From positions 1 through 56,481 of the forward strand of contig JAFDME010000001.1 in NCBI GenBank assembly GCA_019306075.1: 56,481 bases of DNA, in the 5' to 3' direction. Under the pieces are notes generated by a model that searched no databases, was not told where the DNA came from, and saw only the letters and a program-made list of their open reading frames with translations. Made by a program: the position numbers and the translations under genes. Of this stretch, positions 50,118-56,481 are shown piece after piece. The stretch is from Deltaproteobacteria bacterium. Its GTDB lineage: Bacteria > Desulfobacterota > Desulfobulbia > Desulfobulbales > Desulfocapsaceae. Position 1 is the first letter of the stretch. Each line of letters begins with the position of its first letter.

Positions 50118-51650
50118 TTACACGCCCTCCGGTCCTATTTTGATCTGCCTGAGCATAATTTTAATCTCCGCGAGTAACAGCACGGCAAACAACACAAAAA
50201 ACATAAAGAATGTCGCTTTTACATGTCCTGCCGCAATATTGGTGGTGGCAACTTTTACAGGCATCAGATCCTGAATGGCCCAGGGCTGACGACCAACTTC
50301 AGCAACAACCCAGCCAAGCTCTGAAGCAGTCAGTGCCATAAAAAAAGAGAAGAAGCCGAGTACCAGCAGCCATGTTTTATCTTCCAGAGTTTCTTTATAG
50401 GAAAAGTAGAGATAGAGCATCAGAAGAAGAATAAAAAATGAACCAAGAAAAACCATACCATGGAAGGAGTAGTAGGTGGTAGCCACCGGTGGTACAACCT
50501 CTTCGGGAGTGTCAAGATAGCCAAAACCCAGATAATCCTGGTTTTCCCTGAATCGTTTAAGGGCAGCAGCTTTAGCCTGTTCATCACCGGCTTTTCCAGC
50601 CTCCTGTATGGCTGCGAGATCCGCAATGGCTGCCTTCCCTTTCTTCATCTTCTCGGCAACCGGCATAATACCTTCCGCCTCGTTACCATAAACAAGGTCT
50701 TTAATCCCGGGAACAAAAGCATTCCACTCCCTTTTTGCCAATACAGACAGTCCATGTGGAATTGATACTTCAAAGGCAAATGGCTCCTGACCGTCACCAA
50801 GCCTTTTGCCGCTGTTTAAGACACCAAGAGCTACAATCTCCGCCCCTTTTGCTCCGTCAAAAAGTCCTTCATAGGCAGCCAGTTTCATGGGCTGAAATCG
50901 CCCGTTGTTAAAGGCGGATTCATCACCGGTAAAGGCGGTAAACAGGGAGGCGAGAAGACCAAAAACCGAGGCCACTATGATCGATTTTTTTGCCATATCG
51001 ACGTGGCGGCCTCTCAGCAGATAGTAGGAGGAAATCGTAATTACAAAGAGAGAACCGACGACAAAACTTGAGCTGGTGGTATGAGTAAACTTGGCGATCG
51101 CTATTGGTGCGAAAAGAACCTCCCCGAAATTCTGCATCTCAAAACGAGCACTCTCAGGGTTAAAGACCATACCGAGCGGATACTGCATCCAACCGTTAGC
51201 AACAAGAATCCAGAGCGCTGAAAGATTGGAACCTATGGCAACCATCCAGGTAGCAAAAAGATGAAACCCTTTTGAGGTCCGGTCCCAGCCAAAAAACATC
51301 ACGGCGAAAAAGGTTGCCTCCAGGAAGAAGGCGAGAAGACCTTCAATAGCCAGCGGAGCGCCAAAGATATCACCGACCATCCAGGAATAATTTGACCAGT
51401 TTGTACCAAACTGGAATTCGAGAATAATTCCGGTGGCAACCCCAATGGCAAAGTTGATACCAAACAATGTCATCCAAAACTTTGTTATTCTCTTCCAATC
51501 CTCATTACCGGTACGCACATACATCGACTCAAAAAACGCACAAAGAAACGACAACCCCAGAGTAAGCGGGACAAAAATCCAGTGATACATTGCTGTCAGG
51601 ATAAACTGTGCCCTTGCCCAGTTCACCGTGGCCAGATCAATTTCACTCAT
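50118..51650 (-). CDS. cydA: Cytochrome bd oxidase subunit I
   Basis: MYHWIFVP, EFQFGTNW, ANGWMQ, KFTHT, QPMKLAA.EG, FHGM, EVGRQPW. Confidence 0.96.
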   Translation of the reverse strand: MSEIDLATVNWARAQFILTAMYHWIFVPLTLGLSFLCAFFESMYVRTGNEDWKRITKFWMTLFGINFAIGVATGIILEFQFGTNWSNYSWMVGDIFGAPLAIEGLLAFFLEATFFAVMFFGWDRTSKGFHLFATWMVAIGSNLSALWILVANGWMQYPLGMVFNPESARFEMQNFGEVLFAPIAIAKFTHTTSSSFVVGSLFVITISSYYLLRGRHVDMAKKSIIVASVFGLLASLFTAFTGDESAFNNGRFQPMKLAAYEGLFDGAKGAEIVALGVLNSGKRLGDGQEPFAFEVSIPHGLSVLAKREWNAFVPGIKDLVYGNEAEGIMPVAEKMKKGKAAIADLAAIQEAGKAGDEQAKAAALKRFRENQDYLGFGYLDTPEEVVPPVATTYYSFHGMVFLGSFFILLLMLYLYFSYKETLEDKTWLLVLGFFSFFMALTASELGWVVAEVGRQPWAIQDLMPVKVATTNIAAGHVKATFFMFFVLFAVLLLAEIKIMLRQIKIGPEGV

Positions 51651-51664
51651 TGTTACATCCTCCG

Positions 51665-51895
51665 TTAATGATTATTTCCTGCCGACCTTGTCAACTGGTT
51701 AATAACATGGTCAGCCCTTTGCTGATCTGTTGAGAAGTTGCTGTTAAGATAGTTGGGGAAAAAGAAAAGTTTGAGTACAGCAAACATAATTATCAGTTTG
51801 ATAATTATGATTTTCCATAGAGTCTTACCGACGGTCATGCGGCGAAAACCGTCCCGGTAAAATCTGAAGAGTCGTACTGGATATCCCGCTGCCAT
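51665..51895 (-). CDS. Small membrane protein preceding cydA (DUF4492-like)
   Basis: FRFYRDGFRRMTVGKTLWKIIIIKLIIMFAVLKLFFFP; start placed at ATG 51895. Confidence 0.8.
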   Translation of the reverse strand: MAAGYPVRLFRFYRDGFRRMTVGKTLWKIIIIKLIIMFAVLKLFFFPNYLNSNFSTDQQRADHVINQLTRSAGNNH

Positions 51896-52163
51896 CACAT
51901 GCCCTTTTCTATTTTTCAATCCCTTCATCCACGGGTCATCCGCAAGATGCTGGCCCGTTATGCGCATATGCAAGCTCATTTTATAACTCTATATCAGACT
52001 ATGGTCAAGAATAATAATCATTCGCTCAGGATATATCAGCTACGCCCAATTGAACAGGAAATAGCAAAAAGTGTCGTCCTTTCTGGATGCTCATGGAGGG
52101 GGTAAAAATGTTGGCAGGATTACATGAAAGTCCGGGCAAAGCAGAGATTAAATACCACCATCT

Positions 52164-52532
52164 CTACCGGGGAAAGGTCACCTGCACAGATTTGCCACCA
52201 TATCCGTGAACAGAATCATGAGCCCTAACTGTCACTGCGACTATATCATCAGCTATCTTCAACCCGGCCAGGCTGCGGGTAAACGGCTGCTCATCCACAT
52301 GAGGATGATAGAGGGTTCGGGTGCCGATAACGGTACCATCAGGGCCAGCAATCTCCCATTTATCCGCATAATGATCCCAGCCTTCATCGGAATGGGAAAC
52401 GGTGACATCAAACCGAAAGATATTGCTTCCAGTTTTTTCAACTTTCACGGCAACAACATTCGCCTCTCCAGCCTGCAGAACTGACGAAGACATCAACAGA
52501 AACGAAACTACAGGCAACCATATTTTCATCAT
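52164..52532 (-). CDS. Exported hypothetical protein
   Basis: Signal peptide; HSDEGWDHYADKW, LYHPHVDEQPFTRS, AHDSVHG with several His residues. Confidence 0.75.
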   Translation of the reverse strand: MMKIWLPVVSFLLMSSSVLQAGEANVVAVKVEKTGSNIFRFDVTVSHSDEGWDHYADKWEIAGPDGTVIGTRTLYHPHVDEQPFTRSLAGLKIADDIVAVTVRAHDSVHGYGGKSVQVTFPR

Positions 52533-52609
52533 ACACCACCAAAAAATGATACGATTTCAATAATCCTGCCGATCATTTTTTCGTCCTCCCGGTTAAACTG
52601 CAACAACTC

Positions 52610-54934
52610 TCAAGCCAGACCTGCCAACTTCCTGATGGCTACCTTTTCTCGCAAAAGAGTCCGGAATTCCTCTGCGGGAATTGGGGGACTAAAGAAATAG
52701 CCCTGTATCATATCCACTTCCCGATGACGTAAAAAACTGAGCTGTTCTTTTGTTTCAACTCCTTCGGCCACAATTTCCAGTTTCAAACTCTGGCCCATGG
52801 CAATAATAGCCTCAACCAGAGCCCGGCTGTTCCTGTTATCCTCAAGGTCATGAATAAAGCTGCGGTCAATTTTCAACACGTGCAGGGGAAAACGCTTGAG
52901 ATAACTGAGGGAGGAATAACCCGTGCCAAAATCATCCAGTGCCAGCCCTATACCCTGGCGGTCAAGGGTCTTCAGGACAATAAGAGGCTGATCGGAATCC
53001 TGCAGAAGCAGGCTTTCGGTGATCTCAAGTTCCAGCTGACTTTTCGACAGTCCACTGACACTCAAGGCCCTGTCCACAGCCTCCAGCAAAGTACCCGAGC
53101 GAAACTGCTGGGGCGAGACATTGACCGAAACAGTCAGTTTTTCTCCGAAATCACTCTCCCACAACTTTGCCTCACAGCAGGCAACCTCAAGAACCCATGA
53201 GCCAAGTTCATTAATTAAACCGAGATTTTCCGCCAGAGGAATAAATACGTCCGGTGAAACAGTACCGAGTTTGGGATTATACCAGCGCAACAGGGCTTCC
53301 GCACCGGTTATCCGACCTTTTCCTATATCAACTTTAGGCTGGTAGTAAAGAGAAAGTTCTTCTTTTTCAAGCGCATAACGGAGCTGGTTGGCTACAGCCA
53401 TCAACTGTTCCGAGGTGCGCCGCATCTCAAGGGAGAAAAAACGGAAGGTATTCCGCCCATCCTCTTTGGCCTGATACATAGCCATGTCGGCATACTGCAT
53501 CAGTTGGTCAAGGGACTCGCCGTCATCAGGAAAGATACTGATACCAACACTGATGGTAGTATAAACTTCCCTCTCATTAACTATAAACGGCTGTTGGAAA
53601 AGATTGATCAGCTTACGGGCGACGACCTCCGCATGAACATTTTCCTCCAGGCTTTCCAAAAGAATCGTGAACTCATCCCCCCCGGTGCGTGCCGGGGTAT
53701 CACTCTCCCGCAGTAAATCACGGAGGCGGGCTGCAGTCTGCTTCAGGACTTCATCTCCAACGTCGTGACCAAGGGTATCATTGATATTCTTGAAATTGTC
53801 AAGATCAATAAAAAGCAGGGCAACTTTCTTCCTGGATCGACGCGCCCTGGTAAACGCGGAATTCATATAGGACTGCATATAGTGGCGATTTAACAGCCCG
53901 GTCAACTGGTCAAAATTAGCCTGGTAAATCAGCTTCTCTTCCCACTCAGTGCGCTCAGTGATATCCTGCGCTGTAACAACAACAATGGGTGGATCATCCA
54001 GAGTGGAAAGCTGTATCCTTGCCTCAACAGGATAGGTCGAGCCATCTTTGCGGCGATGAGTACCCTTATGGACCACCGCCTCCCAGCGGCCATTGCCCAG
54101 CGGCGCAATAAGTTCAGCAAATGAAGCTTGGTCCTGATCAGTTAATATATCGAGGAAATTTATATTTTCAAACTCCTCTTTGGTATAACCCAGGTTTTCA
54201 ACCGCCCCTCTGTTGACCTGAAGACAGTTTAAAGATTCAGCATCGATAATAAAAATTTCGGTTGAGCCATCATTTAGAACAGACCCAAGTCGATTATTAA
54301 GCTTGTTTTTTTCCTCTTTAAGATCCTCCAATAGATTTTTGTTCTCATAGCGTAGTCGCATGGTAAGGATAAAATTATCATTATATTCCTTGCTGAATTT
54401 CATAAAGGCAATAATCAAAATCAACGTCAACAAGCCAGTACCAAAATATACGCTATCACCACCTAATATGGTTTGATAAACTATGGGCATCATCAACGTC
54501 AGTTCATAAACGCCAAAAGCAAACACGTCGAGCAGAATGGCCACAGCCCCGGCAGTAACTCCACAAGGATAAAAAATTGCTAGAAAAAGATACGACAGAG
54601 GTTCATGCGGGAAAAAAAATAAATTAAGGCTACCTATAGTCAGGCCAATCACAAAAATGCTGGCACGAAAAATGTTCAGCCAGAAAGATAAAGAGTGAGT
54701 ATTTTTGTTAACATTTCCATACAACCGAAAAAGAAACCAACGCCCTAAAAGAACAGAAAGAAAAACCAAATACCAAGCCAAAAGAGGACGCCAAGGGAAT
54801 CTCCAACTAAGTAGCAGTACATATAAAGAACCTGAAATTAATAAACTCAATGAAGCAGACTTTGATCTACGATAAAGCTCATCAACCCTGTTTTGCTCAA
54901 TTCTTTGATCAATGCTAACGTATTGATTATTCAT
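52610..54934 (-). CDS. Membrane-anchored PAS-GGDEF-EAL c-di-GMP enzyme (candidate DSF receptor, RpfR-like output)
   Basis: About 5-6 N-terminal TM helices, coiled coil, PAS/PAC (VNRGA..LGY, RRKDGS.YPVE, QDITER), DQLTGLLNR, RESD I-site, GGDEF, EAL, DDFGTGYSSL. Confidence 0.9.
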   Translation of the reverse strand: MNNQYVSIDQRIEQNRVDELYRRSKSASLSLLISGSLYVLLLSWRFPWRPLLAWYLVFLSVLLGRWFLFRLYGNVNKNTHSLSFWLNIFRASIFVIGLTIGSLNLFFFPHEPLSYLFLAIFYPCGVTAGAVAILLDVFAFGVYELTLMMPIVYQTILGGDSVYFGTGLLTLILIIAFMKFSKEYNDNFILTMRLRYENKNLLEDLKEEKNKLNNRLGSVLNDGSTEIFIIDAESLNCLQVNRGAVENLGYTKEEFENINFLDILTDQDQASFAELIAPLGNGRWEAVVHKGTHRRKDGSTYPVEARIQLSTLDDPPIVVVTAQDITERTEWEEKLIYQANFDQLTGLLNRHYMQSYMNSAFTRARRSRKKVALLFIDLDNFKNINDTLGHDVGDEVLKQTAARLRDLLRESDTPARTGGDEFTILLESLEENVHAEVVARKLINLFQQPFIVNEREVYTTISVGISIFPDDGESLDQLMQYADMAMYQAKEDGRNTFRFFSLEMRRTSEQLMAVANQLRYALEKEELSLYYQPKVDIGKGRITGAEALLRWYNPKLGTVSPDVFIPLAENLGLINELGSWVLEVACCEAKLWESDFGEKLTVSVNVSPQQFRSGTLLEAVDRALSVSGLSKSQLELEITESLLLQDSDQPLIVLKTLDRQGIGLALDDFGTGYSSLSYLKRFPLHVLKIDRSFIHDLEDNRNSRALVEAIIAMGQSLKLEIVAEGVETKEQLSFLRHREVDMIQGYFFSPPIPAEEFRTLLREKVAIRKLAGLA

Positions 54935-54966
54935 AAGTTTAGAATGTTGGCCAGCTTCTCCGACAA

Positions 54967-55962
54967 TTAATGAAACAAACGCCTATCTGGTTTTTTGCGC
55001 CTATCGAACATAATCATCTCTCCAGACCAATCCACCAGGGGAAAAGAATCCTTCTCTGTCATAAAGCGACGATCTTGCTTTGTTCTTATTAAAGATCTAC
55101 TTGTTTGCTTAGAGATTTTCGTGAGCTGCGCTTTTACTAATCTTTCCATCAACTGTAAATCCTTGCTTTCCAGACGCAAGGCAGCGTCAGCCCAAATTTC
55201 TATTACGTCAGTAAATTCTTTGAAATCAATCGGATGGTAGCGTTGTCTGACCTGCTGTAAAGCCCGTCGTCCATTACCCGAACGTTGGTGTTGTCGAATA
55301 TATTTCTCAACACTTGCCATACCTTCATCAGCATTTACCAGAAGGTGCACAATTCCCATTTTATGTAAGGTTTTGGCACCATATGTAACGCCGCTGGTAA
55401 TCATTTTCTCGGCAATTGCTATACCACAGGTACGTGCCAAGAAATTATAGGCTCCCATCCCAGGAAAAAGGTTAAAACGTATTTCAGGAAAACCCATTTC
55501 TGCATTTTCCGTAGCAATCAACACGTTACTCGCTAAAGCTGACTCAAATCCACCGCCAAGGGCCAATCCTTCAACGAGAGAAATTGTAGTAAGAGGCAAG
55601 TGCAAATTCACGAAATTAAGATAGGTCAACTCCACACATAAATTTGCGTATTTATACAATTGCTTTCTGTTTTTCTCTTTTATCAACTTAACAAAAAGAG
55701 CTAAATCTCCGCCTAAATTAAAAATCCCAGGAATTTGGGAGTTCATAACCAAATAACGAATCGGAAATTCCTGACCCTCTTTTCTCGTATTATAATAGTC
55801 AATAATCCTTTGATACATTCGCCGAATATCTTTCAATAAAACCAAGGTAAAGCAGGGACGAGGTATTGGATTATAATAACACCAGATGGTTTGATGCTGA
55901 ACATCATACCTGAGAGAAAGTTCCCGATAGCCTTCAAATATACCAAAAAAATCCTGGTTCAC
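54967..55962 (-). CDS. rpfF: Crotonase-family DSF (cis-2-unsaturated fatty acid signal) synthase, RpfF-like, with C-terminal extension
   Basis: PRPCF, FNLGGDLALF, TISLVEGLALGGGFE, GFPEIRFNLFPGMGAY, WADAAL, MERLVKAQ: RpfF-type motifs including both catalytic glutamates. Confidence 0.85.
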   Translation of the reverse strand: MNQDFFGIFEGYRELSLRYDVQHQTIWCYYNPIPRPCFTLVLLKDIRRMYQRIIDYYNTRKEGQEFPIRYLVMNSQIPGIFNLGGDLALFVKLIKEKNRKQLYKYANLCVELTYLNFVNLHLPLTTISLVEGLALGGGFESALASNVLIATENAEMGFPEIRFNLFPGMGAYNFLARTCGIAIAEKMITSGVTYGAKTLHKMGIVHLLVNADEGMASVEKYIRQHQRSGNGRRALQQVRQRYHPIDFKEFTDVIEIWADAALRLESKDLQLMERLVKAQLTKISKQTSRSLIRTKQDRRFMTEKDSFPLVDWSGEMIMFDRRKKPDRRLFH

Positions 55963-56481
55963 ACCAATACCTTAGATTAAAAAAATTCTTAAATTCTAAA
56001 CTTCACTTTAAATTTTCTCTCACACAGAACAAATCACATAATTTCCAGCTGAACACCCTGAAGATAAGCAACAACTATTACAAAACAGAAAGTTAGAAGT
56101 CAATTTCTTTTAATTATAATGATCCGAAATACGTTGAATTTAAATTGTCTGATTATGCTGTTCCGGCAGAACCTTATAAAAATTCTGCACCATAACCGAT
56201 ATTCTCATAATTGACCTTAAACGTCAAAGTTAACTTTCAGCACTTATATAACACGAACTACAGGCAGAAATATTACCACATATTAATAACATGATTATAC
56301 CATTGAATCAACTGTTTAAGCCCATCCCCAAAAAAGATATTGGTACCACCAAAACAATCACAGAGAAAAAACTTGACGACTCTTTTCCTCTTATATACTT
56401 TAAGGTTAAAGTGATATAGAAATAATATATCTTCAGCCTGTATCCACGATTACAGTCTTTCAACATAAAAAGCGAAGGCTA

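Noticed and set aside
56373-56399. TTGACG...TATACT promoter-like sequence near the right edge
   Set aside because: Spacer is only 15 bp, the region is AT-rich, and the downstream gene is outside the window
1-56481. tRNA, rRNA, prophage and anti-phage defence genes
   Set aside because: No recognisable signatures by eye; a tRNAscan/Infernal run would be needed to exclude small RNAs formally

Overview
Gene-dense bacterial chromosomal window; gene content (rubrerythrin, CCG/HdrD-like Fe-S protein, TAXI-TRAP system, acetyl-CoA hydrolase-GNAT fusion, def-fmt-larC-pgpA) suggests an anaerobic Desulfobacterota-like organism (inference). Left to right: part of a surface-polysaccharide region (FrhB-like Fe-S protein, hexapeptide acyltransferase, galE), transketolase-family gene, uraA-upp, a ~19 kb glycerol utilisation locus (two GlpR paralogs, glpD, a Rhizobium-type glycerol ABC transporter, glpK, glpAB plus an HdrD-like protein) interrupted by a decayed IS and gene fragments, then housekeeping and transport genes, a Ser/Thr kinase-phosphoesterase pair, cytochrome bd (cydAB) with an unannotated 30-aa candidate small subunit, and an AT-rich rpfF-like DSF synthase followed by a membrane-anchored PAS-GGDEF-EAL gene. 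Best candidates for a new system: (1) the DSF-like module, whose synthase carries an unusual DRR-rich C-terminal tail; (2) a three-copy non-coding element seen only in the glycerol locus of this window; (3) the CydX-like sORF separated from cydB by two copies of a dispersed MITE-like repeat. No rRNA, tRNA or CRISPR array was seen. All calls are by-eye motif recognition; no searches were run.
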